Shown here: positions 29,042 to 39,317 of the stretch, piece by piece
How the letters are laid out: each line of letters starts with the position of its first letter
How positions within the stretch are numbered: position 1 is the first letter of the stretch
IMG/VR virus record: IMGVR_UViG_3300035698_012504
Location: 122,694-186,693 of that record
Direction: 5' to 3' (one strand)
Source of the DNA: a virus
Length of the DNA: 64,000 nt
Made by a program: the position numbers and the translations under genes
Notes under the pieces: model-generated
Database searches by the model: none
Told to the model about the DNA's origin: nothing
The model's input: only the letters and a program-made list of their open reading frames with translations

Positions 29042-29453
29042 AAAAGAACCAGCATATCTAGCAATGATAAGAGCAGAAAATAAGTATTATTTATTAGCAA
29101 ATGATTCTGATGGAACTATTGTAGCATTTGATACTTTAGAAACAGCAACCAATTTCTTTGAGAAAGGTTATGAAGAATCACATGCTAGAAGCTATGAAGC
29201 ATCGATGTCAGCATGTATTAATTATATATTCTTTAACCCTAGTATTATTAAGTTGGAAGATAAAGAAGATATAGTAAACACAGTAATCGTATTTCCTATT
29301 AAGATGGTACGTTTAACTCATGTGGCTGGTAATGTAAATGCTCTTCCGTGTGAAGGGCCAGATGCTGAGGCATGGTTTGAAGCTGGTATAAAACCAAGGC
29401 TAATACATAACGGTGAACCAATAGGACAGATGGACCTTCCAGGAATAGAATAA
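29028..29453 (+). CDS. hypothetical protein
   Basis: 141-aa ORF inserted between the Mre11-like and Rad50-like genes. Confidence 0.35.
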   Translation: MTADKKEPAYLAMIRAENKYYLLANDSDGTIVAFDTLETATNFFEKGYEESHARSYEASMSACINYIFFNPSIIKLEDKEDIVNTVIVFPIKMVRLTHVAGNVNALPCEGPDAEAWFEAGIKPRLIHNGEPIGQMDLPGIE

Positions 29454-29468
29454 CATTTAAGGAGTTTA

Positions 29469-30134
29469 ATGCGAGCTAGTATAGGTTATAAGAAAGATTG
29501 GTATTATGGTATAATTAAACAATTATCCCCTAGAATGAAAGAAGCATTGATAAACATATATGGATACTTTTTAGATACTGATAGAAGTTACCCTTGTGGA
29601 TTGTGGTTACACTCAGGATATTATAATTACGATAGGTATTGTACGAAGTATGAAAAAGAGATAGAAGATGATACGATTTTCAGCGGACAATTTCAACCAA
29701 TATCTAGAGTTGGTGAAAAAAGACCCGAAGGGGTTCCTAGTTGGAATTGGCACCACACTGAAGTATATGTATATGAATCTGGAGAGGTTGATCAGAAAGA
29801 CGAAGAGGTCAATCCAGATCCATACTTTAAATCTTATTATAGAGAATATATAAATACATGCCAAGCTTTAAAAAGAAGAGAATTAATTTATAGAGATAAA
29901 GAAACTAAAGCTTTTGTTTATACAGTAAGCCCCCCCAAAGAGGCATTACCAAATACGGTACCGATCCCAACTCCAACTCTTAGAAATTATCCATTTACTC
30001 GTACCATTAGAAAAGATCAACATCGCATTAGATACGACCTCACCGATAGAGGATACGTAGTAGCAAAAATGTTATATAAAATAAGGAATGAAGACATGTC
30101 AAGATTTGTTATGTATAATGGAATAGAGATCTAA
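29469..30134 (+). CDS. hypothetical protein
   Basis: 221-aa ORF. Confidence 0.4.
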   Translation: MRASIGYKKDWYYGIIKQLSPRMKEALINIYGYFLDTDRSYPCGLWLHSGYYNYDRYCTKYEKEIEDDTIFSGQFQPISRVGEKRPEGVPSWNWHHTEVYVYESGEVDQKDEEVNPDPYFKSYYREYINTCQALKRRELIYRDKETKAFVYTVSPPKEALPNTVPIPTPTLRNYPFTRTIRKDQHRIRYDLTDRGYVVAKMLYKIRNEDMSRFVMYNGIEI

Positions 30135-30156
30135 CTTTTGATTCTTAGGAGACATA

Positions 30157-32502
30157 ATGATTAATATCATATTCAAAAAAATTAGAATGAAAAACTTTCT
30201 TTGTCATGAAGATATGGAGTTTGCATTCACCCCGAATAGATTTGTTAGTATAACTGGAAAGAATGGAGTTGGTAAGACAGCTATATTCGATGCTCTTCTT
30301 TGGTGTTTATATGATACCACAACTCGTGGAATCACCGGCGACAAAATAATAAGGAAGAGAGCAAAGAAGAACTGTTATGTTGAATTAGAATTTTCCATAG
30401 GAGAAGACGAATACATTATTAAGTGTTATAGAAAGCATTATAAATTTAGTAATGAGAAAATTCTAATTAAGAATGGTGTAGATATTACAGAGTCTCTCAG
30501 GCGATTAACAAATAAGAAAATAGCTGATATCATAATGGAACCAGAAGTGTTCATGAACAGCTTGTTGTTCTCACAATACATCGGGAGTGACCGTGGATTC
30601 GTAGAGATGAATCATACAAATCAAAAAACTATCTTAGATAAAATGTTATCATTAGATAGATATGATGATTACTATGATAAGATATCAGATAGAATAAAAG
30701 AAATTGATTCTGAAATAGTAAACAAACAACATGATAAAGATAATATAAACGGAATCAAAGATTCAAATCATAATATTTTAATTGATTATGAATTACACTT
30801 ATCAGAGTTAGATGAACATCATGATGATACTAAGAGATTAATATTAGATGAATTAGAAACACATAGGTTGACAATAGAAGAAGGTAGACGGTATATAGAT
30901 ACTCATTTATTATACTATGAAAAGAGATCTGAATTGGGTGAAGCTCTAGTAGTTATAAAGCATGCAGCTGAAAAGATCTCAGAAGAAAAACAAACTAAAA
31001 AGAATGATTTATTAAGAGAGAAAGAATCTAGAATAGATTCCATAAGATCAGAGTTATATAGATCATATATGAATAAGAAAGATTCTCTCACCCAGAAGGT
31101 ACATGAATTAGAGAATCAATTACTAGAACTATACACAATATATGAAGTAGAGAAAAGTAGTATGGATAGTAAGTACTCCAGACAACGCGAATCAATACTT
31201 CAACTAACTACTGAGAAAGTAAATGAATTTAATTCTGTATTAACCAATCAAAGAGAAGTAATATCTAAATGTAATAATAGAATCGAATCTATTGGATTAT
31301 ATTTAAATGATAAAATAGAGAAGCTGTCTCAATATAAAAATTCCAAGTGTCCTGAATGTGGGCAGAGTCTAAAAGATATGGATGATACATCTAGCAGAAT
31401 ATCACAATTAGAAAAAGAAATATCAGAATTGAAAAGAGAGTTGAGTGAAAATGAGGACAACGCTGCCAACGCATCTTCTATTCTTAGAGATTATCAGAAG
31501 GAAAAAAATGATTGGGAAGAAAAGTCTGTAAACAATTTATCATTTTTTAAAACTGAAAGACAAGAAGCAGCAGAATTATTAACCTCAAAGTATAAGGAAG
31601 ATAAAAGAGCGCGGGAGTCTGAGGTCGGGCCATTAAGATTAGAGTTAGTTGATATGGAAAATAAATATAACGAAGATCTAGAATTAGAAATTGAAAAAAT
31701 AAACAGAGAGTTTGAGGTGAAAATATCCGATTCTCTGATTAAATATAATAGAGAATTGAAAGATAAGTTAGAAGAGATCGGAGAGATTGAGTACGATTAC
31801 AATGATATGAAAGAGAAGTGTGAGAAGTTGGATGAAATTAAGATGGACCTCTCTACATCTATTACACAGGTAGAGAACAGAGAAAGAAATCTTGGAGAAT
31901 ATGAATCCCAATACAGGGACAATAAAGAAACATTCAATAGAAATATATCAAAGATAAAGATCTCCCTAGATGAAGGAGATGAGCAGATAGAAGAACTAGA
32001 TAAAAATATATCATCATTAGAAGAAGAAACTAAAATTCTAGAATTTTGGAAGACTGCATTTTCTAATATGGGAATAAAATCTTTACTGTTAGACGAGGCC
32101 ATACCTATCTTAAATAGTAAATCGCTAGAGCTATCCCGTTTAACAGAAAACATCAGGGTATCATTCGACAGTCAGACAACTCTTAAGTCAGGAGAACATA
32201 GAGATAAGTTCTCCATAAATGTAATACATACACAAAACCTATCCGAGCTAGGAGAACTCTCTGCTGGAGAATCAAGACTCACCAGTATAATAGTCCTTCT
32301 GTCTCTTAGACATTTGTTAGAAGTAATGAATGGAACATCTATTAATATCTTATTACTAGATGAAATATTAGACGGTCTAGACATTGATAATGTAACTGTG
32401 GCATTGAATATGTTGAGGAGACTGTCTAAGAAACGGTGCGTAGTCCTAATTTCTCATACACTCAGAGATAATATAGAAGCAGATGATTATCTACCTATGT
32501 AG
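30157..32502 (+). CDS. Rad50/SbcC-like SMC ATPase (T4 gp46 analogue)
   Basis: N-terminal Walker A ITGKNGVGKTAIFDAL. Long coiled coil with a CxxC zinc hook (KCPECGQ). C-terminal signature LSAGESRLTSIIVLLSL and Walker B ILLLDEILDGLD. Confidence 0.85.
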   Translation: MINIIFKKIRMKNFLCHEDMEFAFTPNRFVSITGKNGVGKTAIFDALLWCLYDTTTRGITGDKIIRKRAKKNCYVELEFSIGEDEYIIKCYRKHYKFSNEKILIKNGVDITESLRRLTNKKIADIIMEPEVFMNSLLFSQYIGSDRGFVEMNHTNQKTILDKMLSLDRYDDYYDKISDRIKEIDSEIVNKQHDKDNINGIKDSNHNILIDYELHLSELDEHHDDTKRLILDELETHRLTIEEGRRYIDTHLLYYEKRSELGEALVVIKHAAEKISEEKQTKKNDLLREKESRIDSIRSELYRSYMNKKDSLTQKVHELENQLLELYTIYEVEKSSMDSKYSRQRESILQLTTEKVNEFNSVLTNQREVISKCNNRIESIGLYLNDKIEKLSQYKNSKCPECGQSLKDMDDTSSRISQLEKEISELKRELSENEDNAANASSILRDYQKEKNDWEEKSVNNLSFFKTERQEAAELLTSKYKEDKRARESEVGPLRLELVDMENKYNEDLELEIEKINREFEVKISDSLIKYNRELKDKLEEIGEIEYDYNDMKEKCEKLDEIKMDLSTSITQVENRERNLGEYESQYRDNKETFNRNISKIKISLDEGDEQIEELDKNISSLEEETKILEFWKTAFSNMGIKSLLLDEAIPILNSKSLELSRLTENIRVSFDSQTTLKSGEHRDKFSINVIHTQNLSELGELSAGESRLTSIIVLLSLRHLLEVMNGTSINILLLDEILDGLDIDNVTVALNMLRRLSKKRCVVLISHTLRDNIEADDYLPM

Positions 32503-32506
32503 TACG

Positions 32507-32532
32507 ATTATATATATTAAATAATGAAGTGG
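32507..32532 (+). promoter_or_regulatory. copy 2 of conserved promoter-like motif (ATTATATATATTAAATAATGAAGTGG)
   Basis: Same TATATATTAAATA(G/A)TGA core as 8693, 55121 and 56918. Roughly 100 nt upstream of an SD-led small gene. Confidence 0.45.
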
Positions 32533-32630
32533 TATTTATACCAATGTCTCATACGTATGAGGCATCTTCAGCTGAGGAAAAATTAAGAGCACCAAACTTT
32601 TTTATTTTAATAAAAATAAGGAGAATCAAA

Positions 32631-32906
32631 ATGAGTAATAGATTTTATTCAGGCGGTCCCATAGGTGCAATGAGCGGATCTCGTTGTGACTTTTGTGGAT
32701 ACATACATCCACCGCCAGTAGGAGAAGCATGTCCTAATAAAAAGAAAAACAACTCAACCTGGAGAGAGCGTGGAGATGAAATAGAACAGCTTGTAGAGGA
32801 GGTGTCTAATGCTGTTCTATCGTCAAAGCACTACAAACATCTCATAAAAGAGATAACGGAGGCAATGAAACGAGATGCCGCAAAGAACGGAGTCCCCAGA
32901 AAGTAA
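32631..32906 (+). CDS. small zinc-ribbon protein
   Basis: SD AAGGAG 7 nt upstream of ATG 32631. CDFCGYIHPPPVGEACPNKK. The upstream GTG-started extension in the ORF track is probably leader sequence. Confidence 0.45.
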   Translation: MSNRFYSGGPIGAMSGSRCDFCGYIHPPPVGEACPNKKKNNSTWRERGDEIEQLVEEVSNAVLSSKHYKHLIKEITEAMKRDAAKNGVPRK

Positions 32907-33756
32907 TTGGAGATTTCCCTTAACTGGTAGCCATGAGCTTACAGACTCAGATGGAAGACAAGTATATGTCTATGAAGAAATATTAGATCCAGATACTAAT
33001 CCTAAAAAAGTATTTAATGTATTTTGTCAAACAGATGGTGGGACCTGGGCTGTATCAAAACGAGTCCTGTCTGAAAATTACGTAGTAGTTAAATTAGATA
33101 AAGTTGTTGAACTAATAGAACAAAATGTAGATCTTGTTGGAGACCCAACTATAACTGTATCTCCATTCAAATCTGTGTGGTTCAGAAAAACTAGTCAAGA
33201 AATAAATTTATTCGATGATGCTACTATGAAACTAGTATTTAGTTTAGTAACAGGAATAGAATCTCCCGAGATAACATCCCCAATGGTAGTAGCTGAAGTT
33301 CAGTGTGCCAATTCATACGATGGTAACTCTGCATTAAACTTCAGTTTCTCATTAAATATTACTGCTGGGGTTGGTGAAACATCTGTATCATATAGAGACT
33401 ATCTTTGTTTGGCTCACTTGACAAAAAGGATTAATCATACTGGTACAATCGCCAACATTGAAGACGACATATTTGAATTACAGGGTCGAGTAGATCATGT
33501 AGTAGCGAATTTAAAAAGCATTGGTATTGATAATGAAATTAATGTATACATAGAAATTCTAACAAACCTTTTTACAAGAGATGCGAAGAGACTATTCTCA
33601 TCACTATGTGAGAACTTAGTAGGTGATTTTAGAAACTTATTTGTGGTATTATCAATTGCATCTTATTGTCTACATAAACATTATGATCATACACGGCACT
33701 GGAGATTAAAGTCATACACGTCAGCAATGTACAAGAGTCTATTCACATCCCAATAG
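32875..33756 (+). CDS. hypothetical protein
   Basis: 293-aa ORF. Its start overlaps the previous gene and is uncertain. Confidence 0.4.
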   Translation: MPQRTESPESNWRFPLTGSHELTDSDGRQVYVYEEILDPDTNPKKVFNVFCQTDGGTWAVSKRVLSENYVVVKLDKVVELIEQNVDLVGDPTITVSPFKSVWFRKTSQEINLFDDATMKLVFSLVTGIESPEITSPMVVAEVQCANSYDGNSALNFSFSLNITAGVGETSVSYRDYLCLAHLTKRINHTGTIANIEDDIFELQGRVDHVVANLKSIGIDNEINVYIEILTNLFTRDAKRLFSSLCENLVGDFRNLFVVLSIASYCLHKHYDHTRHWRLKSYTSAMYKSLFTSQ

Positions 33757-33767
33757 GAGAATTCTAA

Positions 33768-34211
33768 ATGGGCCAAGACCAAATTAAAAAACCTTCAGAA
33801 GATAAAGTACAAGGTAAACTATCTGATGGTAAAGGGCTCGACGAGAGCGAAGTACTAGGTAAAGTAGAAAAATTTAAGAAGTCATTAGCAGTAGGTGAAA
33901 AATACGGTTACAAAATTAGAGAAGAAGGTGGAAAGAATGTAGTTACACTTCCTGAAAATAATGAAGAAGTTACACTTGAGAAGGGCGAGAGTGTCCTTGT
34001 AATCAATGGCGACTCTGAATACAGATGGGTTGTGGAAGACCCGGAAGATGTCATCTCTGCTATTAACAAGTTCAAGGATGATAAAGGATTCTCCGTAGTA
34101 CTCATTGAGGACCTGGCAACAGGTAAGACTGTTTCTAAGCCCGGTGAAATTGATACTCAGGCTGCTGTGTTGTTCTTAGACATTAGACGACACAACAAGG
34201 CTGGAAAATAA
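33768..34211 (+). CDS. hypothetical protein (147 aa)
   Basis: SD AGGAGAAT upstream. No recognisable motif. C-terminus ...RRHNKAGK. A GC hairpin follows. Confidence 0.4.
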   Translation: MGQDQIKKPSEDKVQGKLSDGKGLDESEVLGKVEKFKKSLAVGEKYGYKIREEGGKNVVTLPENNEEVTLEKGESVLVINGDSEYRWVVEDPEDVISAINKFKDDKGFSVVLIEDLATGKTVSKPGEIDTQAAVLFLDIRRHNKAGK

Positions 34212-34220
34212 GAATGAATA

Positions 34221-34241
34221 GGGGGTAGCCTAGCTACCCCC
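34221..34241 (+). terminator. GC-rich hairpin GGGGGTAGC-CTA-GCTACCCCC
   Basis: Perfect 9-bp stem with a 3-nt loop between the 33768-34211 gene and the E2-like gene. No U tract. Confidence 0.35.
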
Positions 34242-34246
34242 TAACC

Positions 34247-35485
34247 TTGAAAGGAAAATTTATGCCATCAAGTGGATACAGAGTATCAGTCATGAAATAT
34301 TTCACTGATGCTCAGTGTGAAATTACAGCGTATCTGGATAATTGTAACTTCGAAAAAAAGAAATGGTTAGGTAAATTATTTGAAGGTCTTCCGACAATTA
34401 TATCATTAAGTGGGAAACATATATATTCAGTCAAGACAAATATTAATGTAAATCACGAAACATTTAGAAGATTGATAGAGAACTTCTCAATGAAAAAACT
34501 CAATCAATCATTTCTAGTTAATGACTTTAACAATGCATTTGCGTTATTTTGTTATGGTGCTGATGATATAATCTTTGCTTACATATCTACTAGTGGTAAA
34601 ATATTCTTTATCGATGTGGCATGTCAACACTTTTATGATGTGTTAGGTAAAGATGAATTCGAAACAGTAATAGCAGACATATTTGAATTTAGAGAACAGG
34701 CAGTACTAAGATATGATAAGTCAAAAATAGAAAAAGGGGAAGCAGATGGTACATTAAGATCAGATACTGCAGACTCCATTGCGCACAAGTTAGCAGTATC
34801 ATTACCAACTGATAGAAAAATAACGGAGGAGATGATCACGCGTGTTATCGATGAGTCGGTATCAGCTCTAGTCGATCCCGAAAGCAGTAGCCCAATGTCT
34901 CATAGAATACTACTTGCTAGAAATGAATTCTATCGTTTAGCAATTAAAGATTATCTACTTAGTAATGATAAGTTAAAGTCACAGGCATTTAACGATGGAT
35001 TCAATGTTGGCCTTACTTTTGTAAACGTTTTACGTAAAGTAGGATATGAAGTTGAGGGAGAGTATTTTGTAAAACATCCGAAGTGGGTACCATCTAAGTG
35101 TTGCCACGATGGTACAATATATATTCTTCCAGCGGAACATCCATACACTATAAAGAAATTAATGATACCTGTTAATTGTGTAAAACCTGGTAGACATATT
35201 CAATTCTTGGCAGTTGGTAATCATCCAAATGTCAACGGTGGTAAAACAACGCCCGGCGGAGTATGCCTAGGTAGCTATCATCCAAAAGAACTCACCATTG
35301 GATCAGGTGGGAAATTTAATGAACAACAGTTTATGGATGCATTGATAGGAGCAGAGACTACTATTAAAATGATTAACTTTGATTCTTCATATAAACAATT
35401 GTCGTCATCCCTTAGCTTCAGTGAAATGGATAAAGAATCTCTGAGTTATGACAAGACTAAGAAGAAAAAGATAAGGAAAATATAA
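34247..35485 (+). CDS. E2 (UBC-fold)-like ubiquitin-conjugating-enzyme homolog with an N-terminal domain of unknown function
   Basis: C-terminal GTIYILPAEHPYTIKKLMIPVNCVKPGRHIQFLAVGNHPNVNGGKTTPGGVCLGSY resembles the UBC core (PxxYPfkPPkvxFxTxIyHPNIxxxGxICLDIL). Its stop overlaps the start of the E1-like gene (ATAATG). Confidence 0.55.
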   Translation: MKGKFMPSSGYRVSVMKYFTDAQCEITAYLDNCNFEKKKWLGKLFEGLPTIISLSGKHIYSVKTNINVNHETFRRLIENFSMKKLNQSFLVNDFNNAFALFCYGADDIIFAYISTSGKIFFIDVACQHFYDVLGKDEFETVIADIFEFREQAVLRYDKSKIEKGEADGTLRSDTADSIAHKLAVSLPTDRKITEEMITRVIDESVSALVDPESSSPMSHRILLARNEFYRLAIKDYLLSNDKLKSQAFNDGFNVGLTFVNVLRKVGYEVEGEYFVKHPKWVPSKCCHDGTIYILPAEHPYTIKKLMIPVNCVKPGRHIQFLAVGNHPNVNGGKTTPGGVCLGSYHPKELTIGSGGKFNEQQFMDALIGAETTIKMINFDSSYKQLSSSLSFSEMDKESLSYDKTKKKKIRKI

Positions 35486-36480
35486 TGCCACCATCTGAGA
35501 AAAAGATTCCAGGGAAGCTTTCCAAATATACTGATAAGTTAGTAAGAGATGCGGTTGGAAATCAATACGACAGAGAGACTAGATTAAACATAGGGACTAC
35601 TGACTATAACTTATATAACGCAGCAATAGTAATTGGATGTGGGGGAACAGGTTCTTGGACCAGCTTCTTCCTTGGAAAAATAAGAACAATTCAGCATCTT
35701 TATCTCATTGATCCTGATACAATAGAGACATCCAATTTACAAAGAACTCCTTATCATTATTCTCATATAGGAGAACCAAAAGTATCTGCTCTAGCATCTA
35801 TCATCTCTGGTTCTTCATTAGACACAACAATCTTTCCAATAAATAGATACTTTAATGAAGAGACTGCAAATGATTTAATATCTGAGAAATTACTTCAGGA
35901 CTGTGTAGATAAATCTGTGTTGGTAATAGATTGTAGAGACAATGACTTTCAAGACCATGATCAGATTAAGAGACTCGCGTCCGAGTTTTCATTTAATAAG
36001 TTGGCTATACTAAGATGTGCATATAATGGAATATCTGTAACCCTTGACTTTGATCCAGAGAGTCACCCATCATGGGGAGAAGGCGGATATACAGAGACTC
36101 CATCACATGTGATCCCAGCTTCTATGGCAGCATTCTTAGTAGTGTCAGCAGCGTTTAAATATTATGAATATAAGAACAAGAAGCCTTGGATATTTAATAA
36201 TCCTATGACTTTTAACTCAACCGATTTTCTCGAAATGCTATCTATGGGTCATGCACTAGTGCAACCACCTACATCAGAAAAAGATAGAATAGAATTGTCT
36301 ATAGTTCTTAAAGATATGATCCAACAGAAGGAAGTATCATCTAGTAGAAAAGGCATTGTCAGAGAAATAGTGGCTCGTTATTTACGTGCCCAGTTTGATG
36401 ATATAAAAGAAAAACTTACGCCTGAGATTATTGAGAGGGCAGTAGAAATCGCATTGAAAGAAACGGAGAAAGATTCATAA
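35485..36480 (+). CDS. E1-like (ThiF/MoeB/HesA family) adenylyltransferase
   Basis: AAIVIGCGGTGSWTSFFLGKIRTIQHLYLIDPDTIETSNLQRTPY: Rossmann GxGxxG followed by the DxDxxExSNLNRQ motif. Confidence 0.8.
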   Translation: MPPSEKKIPGKLSKYTDKLVRDAVGNQYDRETRLNIGTTDYNLYNAAIVIGCGGTGSWTSFFLGKIRTIQHLYLIDPDTIETSNLQRTPYHYSHIGEPKVSALASIISGSSLDTTIFPINRYFNEETANDLISEKLLQDCVDKSVLVIDCRDNDFQDHDQIKRLASEFSFNKLAILRCAYNGISVTLDFDPESHPSWGEGGYTETPSHVIPASMAAFLVVSAAFKYYEYKNKKPWIFNNPMTFNSTDFLEMLSMGHALVQPPTSEKDRIELSIVLKDMIQQKEVSSSRKGIVREIVARYLRAQFDDIKEKLTPEIIERAVEIALKETEKDS

Positions 36481-37580
36481 TGCCTATAACAAGACTTAAG
36501 AAAGATAAGAGTGTACCCAAAGATGTGGGTGGATCGGGATTGGTTCCTAAAGCTAGCAAGCTTGCCCCGACTCACGCCTATGGAGCGGGTGTAAAGACTT
36601 CGAACGCGTGGGAATCCAAAGATCCAAAAATAATAGATTTCGTTAGTACTAGTAAAACAGTTCCTTGCGCAATTCCAGAACCAATTTATCAAGTATGTAG
36701 AGGATTAGATGCAGAATATCCCAGTGTAGAGTGGAGCATTCTGGTAAAGGGTAGCTGGGATGTTGAAAGAGATATGTTTGTATTGGAAGACGAATACTTT
36801 CTTCCTCAGCAAGAAGTCTCCGGAGCCCATGTGGATTACGAAGAGGACAATCCAGACTTCAATGGAGTGATACACAAACATCCAGGTGGAGTGACAAGTT
36901 TCTCTGCCACAGATGAATCATATATTAACAGGAATTTTATAATAAGCTTATTGTGGGTTAACCACGATTTTCATTATGGTATTGCTAACACTAGATCCAG
37001 AGATATGGGTGCAACAAGAATAAGACTTAAACTTAAACCAATACCGATGCAGGATCATATAGCAGTCCTTCCGGAAAATCATGCAGAGAAAATAAAAGAA
37101 AGATCATATGCTTATAAAAGATCATATGCTTATAGTGGTAGTCAATTTGGTGGGCTAGGAAACTGGCAAGGCAGAGGCAACCACAACGTTCACTCTAGCC
37201 AAGGCGCAGGTATGAGACACCAGGGTACCCAGAACGGCAAGCCAGGATACTGGCAAGGCGGTGTATTCCACCCTACCGAAGGTCATGGCTCGAACGACTC
37301 GTCTTCGGGGATGACCGGGAATAGAAGCGGTTCTGCGTTCGCCGAAGATGCTGACCTCGATCCCGACGAAGACCGCGCAGGCGGTGGGATAGGTGGTTGG
37401 AACCCATACGAAGATGATGACCTTCAATCATTATCAGGCGTCCCCGATGACGACGACGATGATGACGGAAAACCTCTAGGCGCACAATCGTACAACGATA
37501 TGGACGCCGAAGAATGGGAAGCATATATGGAATCTATTGACCACGAGTACGCAAAAATACCAGCGTGGATGTGGAAGTAA
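36480..37580 (+). CDS. JAB/MPN (JAMM) metalloprotease with a long Gly/Gln/Asp-rich low-complexity C-terminal tail
   Basis: Perfect JAMM motif NGVIHKHPGGVTSFSATDE (HxHx7Sx2D) with upstream acidic residues (DVERDMFVLEDE). The tail at 37050-37560 is GC-rich and disordered-looking. Start overlaps the E1 stop (TAATG). Confidence 0.8.
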   Translation: MPITRLKKDKSVPKDVGGSGLVPKASKLAPTHAYGAGVKTSNAWESKDPKIIDFVSTSKTVPCAIPEPIYQVCRGLDAEYPSVEWSILVKGSWDVERDMFVLEDEYFLPQQEVSGAHVDYEEDNPDFNGVIHKHPGGVTSFSATDESYINRNFIISLLWVNHDFHYGIANTRSRDMGATRIRLKLKPIPMQDHIAVLPENHAEKIKERSYAYKRSYAYSGSQFGGLGNWQGRGNHNVHSSQGAGMRHQGTQNGKPGYWQGGVFHPTEGHGSNDSSSGMTGNRSGSAFAEDADLDPDEDRAGGGIGGWNPYEDDDLQSLSGVPDDDDDDDGKPLGAQSYNDMDAEEWEAYMESIDHEYAKIPAWMWK

Positions 37581-39307
37581 TGTGTTTCATTTCAGCTTAT
37601 TGGGCGATTGAATCCGTACCGACTGAGGAGGTCCTTATGGGCCTTCTCAGTTCGGGTCCCGCCCGAGGTATGGATGGGTTTGGGACATGTATAATTAAGC
37701 CCAATGGAAGAGCAAATTCTCAACATAGACGAACCCATCCTAATGTTGTAGATCCTAACTACGAAGTTAAGATGGGAGACAAAGTACGATTAAATAGAAT
37801 GATAGATGATATCCAGAATGTAGTTAGAATAGATAGTAAGAACATTCAAGTAGGAGATATACATCTATCTAATTTCAGAGCCATCCCAGAAACAGAAGCG
37901 GAGTCAAGTGTATTAGAACTACAGCCTATAATGGAAGAAGGATTTCAGCTTGTTCATAATGGCGGAATATCTAATCATATAGTTGAAGAATTAAGAGAGA
38001 AAGTAGAGAATAAATTTGTATCCATTTCTAGTGGAGCTATAGATAGTGAAGCAATTCTATGGTCCTATTATTTACATAGTGGAGACATTAAAAAAGCTGT
38101 AGAATATTTAGTAGGGGGTCTTGCATTTATTTTAGTTGATCAAAAATATCAACACAAATTGTATGCCGTATGTAATCACAACCCATTGTTCTGTGGATAT
38201 GTAGTCGGGCATGGAATGTTCTTCGCGTCTTCAGAAGATGCAATATGGAGAGTCATAAGTAGACTGAGAGGTAAAGATACAACTAGATGTAATACAAAAG
38301 TATGGGAAGATTATTATTGTCAAGAGATACCAGAGAATACAATAGTATCGATAGATACTCAAACTGGTCAACGAGAAGATATAAAATTTACACCTAGATA
38401 TATTACGAATAATTATGATCCATTAACGAAAAAGAAATCGGGAAAAGAAAAGGTTCTTGTTTCCCTTTCAGGTGGATTGGATAGCTCTGCTACTGCTGTG
38501 CTGCTACATCTAGCTGGGTATGATGTGACTGCTGTACACTTTATGTATGGTCATGTTGGAGAACAATCAGAGTTTCAGGCAGCCCGTAGGGTGTGTGAGA
38601 TGAGCGGAATTGGATTACATAATCTTAAAGTAATGCATATACAAAAACCTATGCAAGAGATGGGATTTGGTATGTTATTAGATAAGAATGTACCTGTCAA
38701 CTCAGGAGATCCAAACTATATAAAAACTACAGTAGCATGGGCTCCGTTTAGAAATGGAATATTTGCTTCTTATTTAGGGGCACTTGCAGAGAGATATATT
38801 ACACAAGAAGATTACGATAAAGTATATATTGCTGGAGGATTTCTAAACCTAAGTGAGTCAGGAGTTTATCCAGATAATACTGAGAGATTTGTTAGAAGGT
38901 TTCAAGAATTTGCTGTGCTATCATCTATTATAGGGACTAAAATAGAACCATTATTTTGTTGTAGCAATCTATTAAAGCGGGAAATATGTACCCTGTTAGA
39001 TGGGTTAGATATATTTGAAATGATTGCTACCAATACTATCAGTTGTGATAGACCTAGGATGCATCTAGAAGGGTGTAGCTATAAAGGTTGGCCAGCATGT
39101 GGGTCAGGAATACTTTCTCATTTAGCATTCCTTCAAGCAGGGTTAGAAGACCCAAGAAAATACTACGAACTTGACGATGATCCTGGAGATCTACTTCACG
39201 GAGAAGCAACTCAAATGTATGTTGCTTATCCAGAAGAATTAATTAATAGACTTAATATAAGTGACGAAGGTAAAGAAAGATTACTGAATCGATTAGTAAA
39301 AAAATAG
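37565..39307 (+). CDS. glutamine amidotransferase (class II, Ntn) fused to a QueC-like PP-loop synthetase (Gat-QueC; 7-deazaguanine modification enzyme)
   Basis: N-terminus MCFISAYW...GPARGMDGFG...LVHNGGISNH (AsnB-type MCGI...RGPD...NGEIYN). PP-loop VLVSLSGGLDSSATAVLL. QueC-like FRNGIFASYLGALAERY...SGVYPDNTERF (QueC VPGRNLLF...SGYPDCRPEF). C-terminal Cys cluster SCDRPRMHLEGCSYKGWPACGSG. Start overlaps the JAB gene. Confidence 0.7.
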   Translation: MDVEVMCFISAYWAIESVPTEEVLMGLLSSGPARGMDGFGTCIIKPNGRANSQHRRTHPNVVDPNYEVKMGDKVRLNRMIDDIQNVVRIDSKNIQVGDIHLSNFRAIPETEAESSVLELQPIMEEGFQLVHNGGISNHIVEELREKVENKFVSISSGAIDSEAILWSYYLHSGDIKKAVEYLVGGLAFILVDQKYQHKLYAVCNHNPLFCGYVVGHGMFFASSEDAIWRVISRLRGKDTTRCNTKVWEDYYCQEIPENTIVSIDTQTGQREDIKFTPRYITNNYDPLTKKKSGKEKVLVSLSGGLDSSATAVLLHLAGYDVTAVHFMYGHVGEQSEFQAARRVCEMSGIGLHNLKVMHIQKPMQEMGFGMLLDKNVPVNSGDPNYIKTTVAWAPFRNGIFASYLGALAERYITQEDYDKVYIAGGFLNLSESGVYPDNTERFVRRFQEFAVLSSIIGTKIEPLFCCSNLLKREICTLLDGLDIFEMIATNTISCDRPRMHLEGCSYKGWPACGSGILSHLAFLQAGLEDPRKYYELDDDPGDLLHGEATQMYVAYPEELINRLNISDEGKERLLNRLVKK

Positions 39308-39317
39308 GAGGATAATT

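Noticed and set aside
32529-32630. GTG-initiated N-terminal extension of ORF 32529-32906 (and likewise the GTG start at 55135)
   Set aside because: These starts fall inside the conserved promoter-like motif itself. Downstream ATG or TTG codons with good SD sequences are far more plausible starts.
37155-37524. Minus-strand ORFs 37155-37427 and 37273-37524
   Set aside because: Arg/His-rich antisense readings of the GC-rich low-complexity tail of the JAB gene.
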